A stretch of 64,000 nucleotides of DNA from Chrysomallon squamiferum (taxonomy: Eukaryota; Animalia; Mollusca), in contig CM022665.1 in assembly GCA_012295275.1 (NCBI GenBank), positions 32,488,001-32,552,000 on the forward strand. Reading direction: 5' to 3'. Both the position numbers and the translations under genes were made by a program. The notes below the pieces were generated by a model that ran no database searches, had not been told where the DNA came from, and saw only the letters and a list, made by a program, of their open reading frames with translations. Shown here one piece after another: positions 34,598-47,454 of the stretch; the stretch's first letter is position 1, and the number at the start of each line of letters is the position of its first letter.

Positions 34598-37500
34598 ATG
34601 TGGCTTGTGTCTCTGCTAATTTTGGTACGTATGAAATCATACACTTTAAAAAAAAAAATAATGATTAAATAATACGTATTTATCGTTTTCAGTAATATTT
34701 AAAATTGTTTTAGTCGCTAGCCAAGATTTATCTGTTAAATGCATCATGGTATGTATAAAATATATAATTTATTATGAGTTTATATATAAAACAAACTATT
34801 AAAAAAATTAATAATAACAAATAAACATCGAAAACGTTAAATATAAAATGGTACCCAATTTGTGTCTATCTTATTTTCATTAAATGTCTCAGTTAAGTTA
34901 ACAATACGCTGATGAGGAAGGGCATAGAAAAGAACGTATTATTCTGTTTTTAAACTGTTTCCACTGTAAAACAATATTGTAAAAAATAAATAAAATAAGT
35001 AACGAAATACTTAAACTCAGTTCCAGAAAGATTATTTTATTTTGTTACGTTACTTGCAAAATATATTTTATTATTAAAAATAAATGATTTATATAAATTT
35101 GGTCTTATCTGAGAATTAGTCTGTGTCTAGATACGTTATTTTTCAACGACATCAAATAATAACGGAACAGAAAAATCGGTTAAATATGCGTATCATACTT
35201 GTTTGCTTTATAAAACTGTGTATTGGAAACGTCATAAAAATATTCTTGTCTCTGGGAAGATGGATATAAAACATACAATGCTGCTAATTTTAAAAAGAAG
35301 ATCATTACTTGGTGTCTTCCTGTCCTGTTAGTAAATAGTCCTTAACCAAATGTATGAAGCCAAACAAAGAGTCGTAGGTTAAAATGTGGTGAAGATTTTC
35401 TAAGTAAAATACTTAAGTATGAAAGATTGATATTTTTATCAAATTTCACAGTTTATTTGAAAAGTATTCAAAGAAATTTTTTATATTTAACTGATTATTT
35501 TACTAATAGATAATAGCAGACGTAAAATTTAAAAATTTTATTACACTTCAGTATATTGTTTTCTCCAAAGATTGTTAGATACATCATTTTATTTCTGTGA
35601 CGTTTTCTTGAAAGTCTTGCACACTAACAAATTATCCCTTATTAGAAATCCTTGGAGAAATACCACAAAATGCATGCATGTTTGTTTGTAAGGAAATAAT
35701 TTTTTGCTGTATTAACCTATTCGTCTTATTTTTATTATTATTATTATTTTGTTGGGTTTTTTTGCAGAATACCGTGACATCAAAACATATACGAATCCTG
35801 TATTATTCAAATGAATAAATTATAGTTATAAATGACTCTTTCTCGTGACATATTTATGATTTAACTTTGTCTTGTGGTTAACACCAATGTATGTAAATAG
35901 ATGTGTTTCTGAATAAATTATTTTGTATGATAAATGTGGCTTGCAAGCCTGACAATTGACAAAACAAGAGCATACATCATTCACTCTTTCTTCCGTGCCT
36001 ATTATAAATGTCATCACTTTAAAAATAGGCCTATAAATTTCAAAAACTGTGTTAATTTTTGTATTTATAAAACAAGATCGTGAAAAATATATGGTAATGG
36101 GTGGACTTTATAATTTAATATTCCTGTGTTGGTAGAACAAATGCATGCACATATATTTGCTGGAATGTAAACACAGAAACACCTTCATATCATCTATACT
36201 ATATCATTATTGTTATTGTTGTTGCAGTTCTCTTGTTTGGAAACAAATAAAGATTTGTTTCATGTGAATAAAGATAGACACATTAAAATAAATGAAGGCG
36301 GTTTTTATTACCAGGGTTCTTGATAATTTTCAAATAAATGTTTTGTTATCACACACACACTATTGTGTTTTGCTCATAAAATGTTAACTGCTAATTGTTT
36401 TTTTTCATGATTTCATCTGTTTTCAGGTATGTTCACAGTTTTCTAGTGACGTCCAAGCTCAGCACTATCCATGCGATCTGTCAGTACGTATGTTATCAAT
36501 ACTGAACACGTTTACAGACGGCAAGCACAATCATAAATAACCATATTTGTTAAGAATCCTTACTTTTCCAAATGAACTATTTTACCCTGCAACTAAGTTG
36601 TAACTAAACAATTGATTTTTAGTTTTTATTTTGTACCTTTTCTTTGAAAAAAATTAGTGATGAGTATTATTCATTTGTTTGATTTATATTTTTGTTTGGT
36701 TATATTACACTGACGATAGGCGCATGTCAAATGTAATATATATGCTAAATATATTTTATAATTTTCTTTATAACAGGATGTATGTCAAGGAGAGACTGTA
36801 TGTAGAATGGTGTTTAAGCCGTGTTTGTCCAGATATTGTCCACCAAAACTCTTATGTGTCCGTAAGTCTTGACTAAGTCCATAGGTATTGCTTGGTAGGA
36901 AATAAAGAAAAATTAATCTTATGTTTTTTTTTTTTTTTTTTTTTTGAAAAAACGTCGACACAGCCTTAAGCCAATAAATAAATAAATAAATAAATAAAAC
37001 AAAATAAAATAAAATATAAAACAAAATAATTATAATAATAATTTTTCTTAACAATAATATTATATAATTCAACATATATTACAAAAAGTAATGTCACTTT
37101 TTTTAGAATACTATTTCTTATATTTGTGCACTCGATAACTAATAAGTAACTAATAAAAAAAGAATACTAAATTTCTTGCAGCTCCTCCACCCTCGGGGTC
37201 CTCGTCCTGTCCATCGGGCCTTCCTGTTCTGTCCAGTGATAATAAAACAGAGATTGTATGTGGTCCACGAGGCTCTGTGTGTCCGGATGAAACGTACTGC
37301 AAGTCAGATCCCGTCGATGGATACGCGGCTTGCTGCTGGAAAGGTTAATAGTGTTGGATACTTCAGGATTTTATATCCATTTCAAAATGAAAAACGTTTT
37401 GGTCAGTTCTAGAAAGAAGCAGTAATTATATAATTTTTGTTTTACGTTTATTATCATAATGGTTTATTAGTTTCCCATATCCCAAAAACATTTTATGACT

Positions 37501-39132
37501 GTTTCTAATAATAACGACGACAACAACAATAATTCTTTTTTTTTTTTTTTTTTTTTCTTTACAATAGTCCACAAACCAGGATCTTGTCCAGTTCCTCTAA
37601 AACGAGGTTCATGTGCAGTCAAATGTAATCATGACAACAACTGCAGTGGCGATCAGAAGTGCTGTAGCACAGGGTGTGGTTTTGCTTGTACAAATCCAGG
37701 ACCGGAAAACAAACCAGGATTTTGTCCAGTTACTGATCAACCCAGCAGATGTGGGGTCTTGTGTAAGAATGACCAGACTTGTACTGGGAATAAGAAATGC
37801 TGCCAGACCCGTTGTGGCACGGAATGCGTAGCCCCTGTCAGTTTTGCGGAAAGATCTAAACAGTGGCAACTGAAAACGCTCAAAAGTAGAAGAACTACAT
37901 TTTCTTCGGTTAGAGGTCTCGCTGGTGTAACTGCATTTCCTGAAGTCAGAGGTCAAACTGGTGGTGTTACTAATTTATCTCCTTTCAGAACTGGTATATA
38001 TAATTTACCTCCGGTCAGAACTGGTATTAATAATTTACCTCCGGTCAGAAATGGTATAGATAATTTACTTCCGGTCAGAATTGGTATAAATAATTTACCT
38101 CCAGTGAGAACTGGTATAAATAATTTACCTCCAGTTAGAGCTGGTATAAATAATTTACCTCCAGTGAGAGCTGGTATAAATAATTTACCTCCAGTTAGAA
38201 CTGGTATAAATAATTTACCTCCAGTTAGAGCTGGTATAAATAATTTACCTCCAATTAGAGCTGGTATAAATAATTTACCTCCAGTGAGAGCTGGTATAAA
38301 TAATTTACCTCCAGTGAGAACTGATATAAATAATTTACCTCCAGTTAGAACTGGTATAAATAATTTACCTCCAATTAGAGCTGGTATAAATAATTTACCT
38401 CAAGTGAGAGCTGGTATAAATAATTTACCTCCAGTTAGAACTGATATAAATAATTTACCTCCAGTGAGAGCTGGTATAAATAATTTACCTCCAGTTAGAA
38501 CTGATATAAATAATTTACCTCCAGACAGAACTGGTGTTCCTAATTCATCTCCGGATGGTACTGGTGTTTCTAATTTATCCCGCTTCATAACTGGAGTAAC
38601 TAATTTATCTCCGGATAGAGTTAGTCTATCTAAATTTTCTCCAGTTGGAAGTCAGTCTCCACTTAGAGATAAAATTGTCGTAAGCAATGTCAACCCGATT
38701 AGAGAAGAAATTGGAACAATTAACTTTTCCCCCATCAGCAGCCAAACGGGTATAAGAGGCCGAAATAAAAAACCAGTTCAAAGATACCCCGGTGATACAT
38801 TTCCGAAACAAATGTTATCAACCATTCAACAAGTGGCTGAAAGCACTGATTTAACTCAATCGCATAATCAGAGATTTCCAGTCTCTGAAACATCTTTAAG
38901 AAAGACGTCTATAGAAACAGTTAAAAATACAAAGACGAAACCAGGAATTTGTCCACGAATATGGTCAGTAGGTAGTTGTGAAGATGCATGTCACAGCGAT
39001 GCTCACTGTCCGGGAAAACTGAAGTGTTGTAACATTGGTCGATGCAAAGTATGTATGGTACAGTATTGCAACTTTGGCTTACAGCTCCTTAATATGTGCC
39101 ACACTCTACATAAAATAACAACATTTCCTTAA
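34598..39132 (+). CDS. Secreted Lustrin/perlwapin-like protein: signal peptide, 6-Cys module, Lustrin Cys repeat, 2 WAP, 18x 10-aa repeat, C-terminal WAP; ~631 aa
   Basis: Exons 34598-34624 (MWLVSLLIL), 36427-36483 (VCSQFSSDVQAQHYPCDLS), 36777-36861 (DVCQGETVCRMVFKPCLSRYCPPKLLCV), 37182-37343 (CPSGLP...EIVCGPRGSVCPDETYCKSDPVDGYAACC, Lustrin_cystein pattern) and 37568-39132. The total is 1896 nt in frame, all introns GT-AG. Three 8-Cys WAP cores of the form KPGxCP...C...C..D..C.G..KCC...C...C. AATAAA at 39169. Confidence 0.85.
37990..38529 (+). repeat. Coding 30-bp minisatellite, 18 near-perfect units encoding [A/T][G/D]INNLPPVR
   Basis: The unit (a/g)ctggtataaataatttacctccagt(t/g)aga recurs with an exact 30-bp period. 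About 6 degenerate units flank it (37920-37989, 38530-38645). On the + strand only the WAP frame is stop-free through the array. Confidence 0.97.
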
Positions 39133-39414
39133 GTCGCTCCGTTTTTAGATACTTAGAATACAGTTGTAAATAAAACCTACCCAGATAAATACAATCTGAT
39201 AAATATACGTACATATATAATGTATCTAATGAGCTGCAAACAAAATTAAGAATGATCCACCTACAAGAAAAGAAAAGGAAATGGAGGGGGGAGTAGTAGA
39301 CAGACATAAACCACACAGGAGTAAATCACACACGCACATACACACTCACAGAGAGTATTCACATTAATATAAAAATGTCTTTCATATTTCGTGGTCGCTA
39401 TCTGTCATTGTCTT

Positions 39415-40706
39415 GATTTTCAGTTTGTCATGTATGTAAGAAAACGTGGGCTATAAATCATATTGATTTAGTATCGCTTACTTCTCTTACTATTAGCAGA
39501 ATAACCGGATGCTTTACAACATAATCTTAACATGTTTGCCAGTTACTGCCGACTATGGAGGTTTAAAGTCAATACAAATAAAACTTAAATAATGATTTTC
39601 AGTAAAGAGAGAAATTTTCGTGATTATATATTTAAATTCGATGGAGATATTATTGACATAGTAGATAACTATAAATAAGAAACGGTATATTCAATTACTA
39701 CGTAAAACAATTGATAACAAGGCAATGCAAGTTATGTATAGCCTAATAGCTAAAAGTCGTCAGAATAATCTCTCTATCGACTGTGCATTTGATGTATTTA
39801 AAACGATGTACAACCAATTTTATTGTATGGTTCTGAAATATGGAGTTTTTACAAATATACAATTAATAGAAAGCCTCAGTATGAAATTTAGTAAGTATTT
39901 ACGAAGTGTTAATAAGTGTACCCCTGGTTTTATGATCTACGGTGAACTAGAACGGTATCCCCTTTGTATTTCTATAAAAGTAAGAATGATAACCTTTTGG
40001 GGGAACCTAATATGCAAAAGTCAAAACAAGAATTTCCTCACACCTCTATTATTTCAATGCATGTTATCAATTGTCCTTGGAAGAAATTTGTAAACATATA
40101 TATTCTAGATGACTGTGATTTAACATATATATGGAAATATCACAACTTTGATAATATTAAATAGATATGTGAAAACGGTAACCAAAATATTACTTGATCA
40201 ATATTTACAAATGAGAAAAATGAAAGTAAAATGTCTCCAAAGGATATTAATTATAACAGTTTTTAAAAATGAATTAAAAGTTATCTGTGATGTATTATGT
40301 AAATTTAGAAATTCTAATGTTAAACTTCCTATTGGTGGTTAATATTCTAAGAGAAAATAGAAAATGTCGTAGTCGTAGCCATGACAAAATTAGAGATGAT
40401 TATCGTTATATATTTCAATGTGATGATCCTATATTATTAAATGCAAGAAAAGGTATACCAGATAAATACACAAGATATCCAAATATATTTTCACACAACA
40501 ATTCGTTTAAAACCAAAAATATGGTTATATTAAAAAAGTTATGTTTGTTAATAAGAACTATATGTGAGAGAGTATGTCCTCCACGTTACACTTCCACACA
40601 TGTGTATTTTAATTTTAACTTTGTTGTGTTGTTATATATCTGCAATAGATTCTTCTCTGTATTGTAATCCTACAATTTATGAGAATAAAGCTATTGTCAT
40701 TGTCTT
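39415..40706 (+). mobile_element. 5'-truncated, decayed non-LTR retrotransposon (CR1/L2 group, Crack/Daphne-like)
   Basis: RT C-terminal remnants: LQHNLNMFASYCRLWRFKVNTNKT*IMIF, YGELERYPLCISIKVRMITFW, LCKFRNSNVKLPI and RENRKC...DDYRYIFQC. There are many frameshifts. The 3' end is AATAAAG followed by an (ATTGTC)2 tail. TGTCATTGTCTT occurs at both flanks (39403-39414 and 40695-40706). Confidence 0.85.
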
Positions 40707-43700
40707 TTCTTTCTTCTTATGATTTATTTACTGCTAAAACCCACACTTGCTTATGATATTTAGTTGTTGTTTTTTATTTCCTTTGTTTTTCTCGGTTTTT
40801 TTTTTTTTTTTTGTGTGTTTTTCGGGGGGGTTCTTTTGTTGTTGTTGTTGTTGTTGCTGGGGTTTCTAAATAGCAATTCATCATTTTAAATTAAATACTC
40901 CAAATAAAAGCGATGTTACAGCAAGCTAATGAAAATAATCAACAATTAAAAATAATAACCTTTATCCCTGTACATTAATTACCAATAGGTTATTTTCTAT
41001 TTCTGCTGATGTTTTTTGTTTGTTTGTTTATGTTTTAAGAAGCACTGATTTTGTTTGTTGTTTGGTTGTTTTTTTTTGTCAATTTCCCTATACACAAGAA
41101 AGCAAATACAATATCCTGTGATAAACCAGTCATGTGTCGTGGCTCTGTATTACTAAAAGTATTCGGTTTTATTATAACAGATATAGTTTTCTAATTCTTT
41201 TGGCTTATATTTGACTGAAGTTTTTCTTTAACTGAAATTTTTAAGAATGAACAGGGTCATACGTTATGTAGCTATTTTTAACAGTTTCTAATAAACAAGG
41301 CTCAACAGTAAACGGGAGTTATTGCCCTTACATCATAAACCTGGTTAACGACGACCAAAAAAAAAAGTGCTTATTGGAATACAATACTGGTAGGTAATAT
41401 ATGTGTGTGTGTCTTTTACAAGACTGAATTCAGTCTGAAAATTACATCCACCACAATGACGGCGTTCTGCTCTGAAATTTCGAATTTTTTTTATTTAAAA
41501 TATATTTTGGAACTACATTGTTATTGTAGATGCCATACCTTTCGGGTACAGTTGTAAAAAAAAACACAAAAAAAAAACACAATAACTTTCTAATAATAAT
41601 AATGATAATGGCAATAACAACAGTAATTTCTCACTACACAGAACGTCATCAGGCCCATTGAAAATAAATATAAATTTTAATTATAAACCAAGGAAGATTG
41701 TTTTACACTATATTTTCTGAGGAATGTCATAAAATAAGTTATACTATAGGGAGTTACATAAACTGCACTGGAAGTACACATCCCTGTTTCGGCCTCTGAA
41801 TGTTACAACCGAAAGTTCGACCGATTTTCGGGCAACGCGCTTTTGCCTTTCTATCCCGAACCAGTCTAGAAAACAGCAGGATGAATTTCAACGTCTGACT
41901 AAGATGGAAGCAACACGTCTTTAAATGCCATCTTACATGTGTAGCGATCTGTTCAAACAAATCAGCAAACGCGCATGCCGCACGAGGATCCGCGGCGTTT
42001 CTCGGCATCATGAAGCTATTTATGTAACTATATTACCTTTAATCTAATCTCCACGATAAAGTCGTCACGATACTCGACCCGTATACATACACCAGTAGCG
42101 ACTCTCCATAGATTTGCACTCATCGGTTTAGAGCTTGTTATTTCATAGTTTTAATGTAATAAAACACGTTATAATAGCAAGAATTTGCCAAGTTTTCATC
42201 GCTGTTTTTTTTTTTTTTTTTTTTTTTTTTTTCTTTCACTAAAAAAAGTTTAAAGTCAACATTCATCTTCGTTTTATTGTTGTTGTTGTTGTTTACTGAG
42301 GATTGCCTTTAGACTAACGTTTTAAAGATTTTATTATTTTATTTATTTCAACTTTTTGGGGGTCAGGGGGGATGGCTTCAATGAAAGGTTTTTGGCTTTG
42401 AAGTTCCTCAGATCAAAAATGTAGGGGAGGCAACCAATTATTGACACCAACGATGTGGATTTGCTTTTTCCGCCTAATATTAGACCGGATCTACTTTGTC
42501 AGTAATCTCGTAAATAATAGTTTTAATATTTCAAAGACAAAAATCAAAGCTTTCTTTCTTTTATAAAATTATTTATAAGAGGCATTCGTAATTTTTATCT
42601 CAAGAACTTTCATCCTTAAAAAAGGCCGGATAAAGCACACTTGGCTTCTGATATTACTTTATATCTAGAGCTATATTTGGAATGGGAAATAGATCTCCAC
42701 CACTGTGCTATCGCTAGTTTCTTGTAGTTGTAGAAATCTACATTTCAAGACATTTCGACACTGAGTCAAAAGTACTGGTCATTCATTAGCGTTGATGTTA
42801 TTCTTTATTATTATTTTTCTAACGTTTTGTAAACGCTGTTGAATATGTTAACGATACTTCTAAATAACAACAACAATAAATAAATAAATAAATTTTAAAA
42901 AGTATGTAATAATAAATATAATTAATATTAAACATGTAATGCTTACTAGACGAGTACAAAGGAAAACATGATATATCGTGGTTACAGCGAACTAAAATCC
43001 TTTTAAACTTATTTGGTCAACCCCAGAGTGTATGTTGATTAAACCGCTCCAGGGATTCTATTTTATGTGTTATGGAGAAATTCGCTAGAGAATTTCCATC
43101 AAGTAATGAACGACTTATTTTGTGTATTCTGTACGTTTTTGTGTGAACACTTTTAACATCTATGATCAGCGGTTTGATAAAGATAAGTTTCCGCACAGGC
43201 GTTCTTTTTTCTTCTTGTTCTTTTTCTTATTTTTCATTATTATTATTATTTTTTTTTTCAAAGGATATCTGGAGTTGTAACTGCATTCAGCAGGTGTTAC
43301 GGCTTTAATTGGTTCACAAACCAGCCTATGTGATACGAACATGTTAATTTCTGAAACACGTGCATCGCACGAAAAACACTTGTGATGTTTAAACACATTG
43401 CAAGACATCAACACGGGGATTCTAGACGCCTTTCAAAAGGTTATCACTTCGTTGGTGAGTTTGGCGGATTTTACCTTCAGTTTGTCGGCTGTAAAAAATG
43501 TTTTATTGTTGTCAAAGCAAGAAAATGAAATAAACAAACTACCGTTTCAAACCGGTGCGAAAATGTTTTTAATGCGGCGGAGAAAGTGTTGGAAATGGCG
43601 GATAATGTTTATGGCAATAGAACTTGATACTTCAGTATTGATAGAAATTTCTTTCTGTTTATTGTTTTTATATTTATATTTATTATTATTACCACTACTG

Positions 43701-44659
43701 CTACTACTACTACTACTATTACTACTACTACTATTGAAATTATTATTACTATTCTTAATTTTTTGCGAAATATATTTCACGCTTCTCATTTCATGCAGCA
43801 CGTGACAATTGATTTAATAATAAAAAAATATTTTAATAAAATTATGGGGGAAAAAATATAATATTGTACGCCATTACTGAAGTGGATTAATCTTTAAAAT
43901 CAAAAGAATTTTCTTACAAAGGGGAAAAGAAAGAAAAAAAGAAACATACCGCGCGACTAATACGCCCACATCTTATTCCTCGTGCAATTCTATATAGACA
44001 CTGACTCATTGAAAAAACTATGCTCATATCCGTTACCTCATCTAAACATATTCTTTTGATCTAACAGTAAAAGGATTATATAAAAAGTACACGCAAACTG
44101 GTAACAAATTTCCTCTGTAAACTGTCGCAGAAGTATATTAATTATTTTCAAGAACTTATGACTTTAACATTATACTTTTTATCAGGAACCAAAACAACAC
44201 AAAACAAAATAAAAACAAACAGAAAATTAGACTTAAATGATGTATTTGAAAATTTAAATGGCCCACATTAGAGAAAAGGATGTGAGGAAAATAAGGAAAG
44301 GGAAAGAGAATAGTAAAAAGAGGAAGAGCAAGAACTCTCTCTTCCCCTAAAGGAAATATGCAGGAACACTATTTCCGTCGAATGTGTTTTTCCTAACAGA
44401 CATAAGCTTAACTCATTGAGGTTAAGGTGTACAATCCGAGACGTCAGTAGACTCAAGTTTCTGTCCAAGAAATAGTCTGTTCCTATAGATTCTTACAGAT
44501 TCCTGTTCCAATAAACGCATCATTTTTGTTTTAAATGCAATACATTATTAATTTTTGTGGTGAAGAGAAAGAAAGAATAGTAGAATTAAAGCTGCCCTTT
44601 CCATTTTCTGAACCTTATAGTCTACAATGTAATGAAAATGAAATGCTTTCTTTCTCTCT

Positions 44660-44660
<1 letters not shown>

Positions 44661-44745
<85 letters not shown>

Positions 44746-44747
44746 AC
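44661..44747. repeat. (CA)n microsatellite
   Basis: Directly visible. Confidence 0.95.
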
Positions 44748-45931
44748 GTATCTTCTACAGTCGCAGGTGAGTATTATTTTTATACATGCCTAGTTTGTTC
44801 TCTTATTCTTAGCTTTCTCACATTGGTCCACCAGTCAGTCTTTTGATTGATAGATGGGAATTGTCCGCATGTTCCGGTCATCGAGGGGACTAATCCAGTT
44901 GTAATGGACATAATTAATGGCACGGGACAATGATAAATCCTGAAATGCGGGTTTTTCGTCGGCTCTTGGATATGTCGGCGGCGTCAAAAGACTGAAATTC
45001 AACTTGATGTTTGATCTGTCGGAAAATCCTTTTGTTCGCGTCTTTATGTGTAACCTTGTTTATTGGTTTCTTTGGATGTGTGATTCAGAAAAATCACGCA
45101 TTAAAGCAACAACCGTGGTATTGTTTGATGTGTGTGTTAGCTACAGGATATTTCAGTTAAGTTTGTGGCTTATGCTTTGTTGATTATTAGCTTGTAGAAA
45201 AATAAACTTTTACACGCCTTTTTCTCTCTCTATGAATATGTGTGTGTGTGTGTGTCCCATTATTATTATTAATTTCTTTTTAATATATGTACGGTGTGAT
45301 GTAATTATACATATTGATACATGTAAGGCTGGATGCATCGTTGAGATATAGGTAGATATTTCAACTACTGGCGAAAACAGTTTAACCTAAGTCTGCGGTG
45401 TGCTGAACCAGACGTCGCAATTAACTAAAGACGAGACCAATTCTGTCATCTGTTAATAATGGCCGTGATTATATGATGATAGTTGTGACCAACAGCTGAA
45501 TGTTGTCCATTAATTATTCAAAAGAATATATAAATAAATATTATTTAAAAGTGTATATATACAATCGTAAAAGATTCTAAAATTTATCATTCTTAAAATG
45601 CTCTCTGGTATAATAGTTATGCTCTGTTTTTATGGGTATCCAGTTTAAGGCCGTAAAGGAAAATCTTTCAGTTTTGAGAAACGACATAACGATGTATGAT
45701 TAAAATCAGCCTTCATGCATCCTGTTTATTATTCGCAGAAATTAGGCACTAGCAATAAATACATGAATCGTACCGCAGATACACATTTTGAAATGTATGT
45801 GAAAGATCTGGACAAGGAGTTTTTCTGAAACTTTTGTATTCTCGTCAAAACATTGGAAGAAAAAATAAAATAAACAAACACAAACAACGACGACAACATT
45901 CCTGTTTTAAATAAATATTTTTCATCAGGTT

Positions 45932-45966
<35 letters not shown>

Positions 45967-46437
45967 CACCCGAAAGACACTTTAAATTATAATGTTTCTC
46001 GGTGATTATCATATAATATACAGCTTTCAGGACAGCCGGTTCTAAATTCCATCGCAGTGGTGTCCGCCGGTAAATATGCGAGGCGCGTGCAACGGGCGTG
46101 AAATTGGGCATGCACCAGAAGAACTGTGGATGAGAGAAACTGAAGAGCCAGAAGTACTTCTGTGCTTAATGTGTATTTGTATACTGTAGTGCGATACCTC
46201 TAAAGTAATGAAACAAAGCCGTAATTTATGAGTGTGACATGCTGTCCGCCACAGTGAACATGCACACCACCGCCAAGACATACATGCATGCAGTTTCAGC
46301 TATTAGCTTTTTTTCTGAAGCAGAAAGAAACAAAAATTCCAGAGAAAAAAATATTGTAACAAAACATGTACATGCGTGTGTGTGTGTCTTTTTGTTAAAG
46401 AAGAAAAAAAATAATCCCTGAGCAAATACAAATAAAA

Positions 46438-46480
<43 letters not shown>

Positions 46481-47410
46481 ATGATAATAATAATAATAAA
46501 TAAAATAAAATAAAGAAAGAAATAAAAATCTTAATTTTTATGTACTCTTACTAATGAACGTAATTTATGAAACTGTATTTTCTGTATTATTCAGATCTGT
46601 GACGTTCTGAATCATAATGATTTCATTAATTCAGTTAACATGTCAAAATGTCAAAAATAACACTCTTTCAGATACATCAACGCTTGTAATAAAATCAAAT
46701 CCAGCAACATAGAAACTCCCGTTTAACCATTAAATCACGTGACATCAAACAAATGTCGTATGATCGGCGGCTATGTTGAAGGCTGGGTCTGAAACGAGTT
46801 AGAAAAGAGTGCTTGTTCCACGACAAAACAAGTTGTTAATGCGGCAGTAAATGTCAGTCCGTATTGGTCGCCACGTCATTAGTTTGTCTTCAGTCACCAG
46901 GAATTTACATACAACACAAATAGTTTTACTCGACTGACGATGAAATAGAATTTGCACATATGAGTAAACTGAAGTATGCACCTACATATATAGTTAGTAT
47001 TTACATTTGTGTTCTTATTTATGTAAGCAGGTATATATCTATTTACGTGAGTCTGAACTCAGTTTATACCTACGTATCGCAAAAATAAGTAGATTCTTAA
47101 ACTACACAGACAAACTAATTACGTTTTCAGTGCAGGTCGTCAAATAAAAGTACACGGCATAACGTAAACATCTAAATATACGTGAATCTTCTGCGAGTTT
47201 AACAGATAACTCACATTGCGCGCGTATTGAAAGCACGTGCTCTACACGTGTTGTACACAAGAGAACAACAAACATGCCGCGAATGGTTATGCATCGCTGC
47301 ATAGCCTTTCAAGATATGCTTATGCGATGTTGTTTTTATTGAACGAATCGGTTCTGTTCTAGTTCTCAAGGTGCGAGGGTTAATCGGTGCACCCCAGATA
47401 TATCCAGCCA

Positions 47411-47454
<44 letters not shown>

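Noticed and set aside
36161-36180. TGGAATGTAAA, matching the miR-1 5' end
   Set aside because: The match stops after ~11 nt and no hairpin is evident. No other conserved miRNA was recognised in the window.
37495-37567. N-terminus of the 545-aa ORF (MTVSNNND...FFFFFFFF)
   Set aside because: This is intronic polypyrimidine tract. The real exon starts after the AG at 37567.
37990-38529. Regular 30-bp repeat array as a possible CRISPR array
   Set aside because: The units are head-to-tail with no unique spacers, they lie in frame within a eukaryotic exon, and there are no cas genes.
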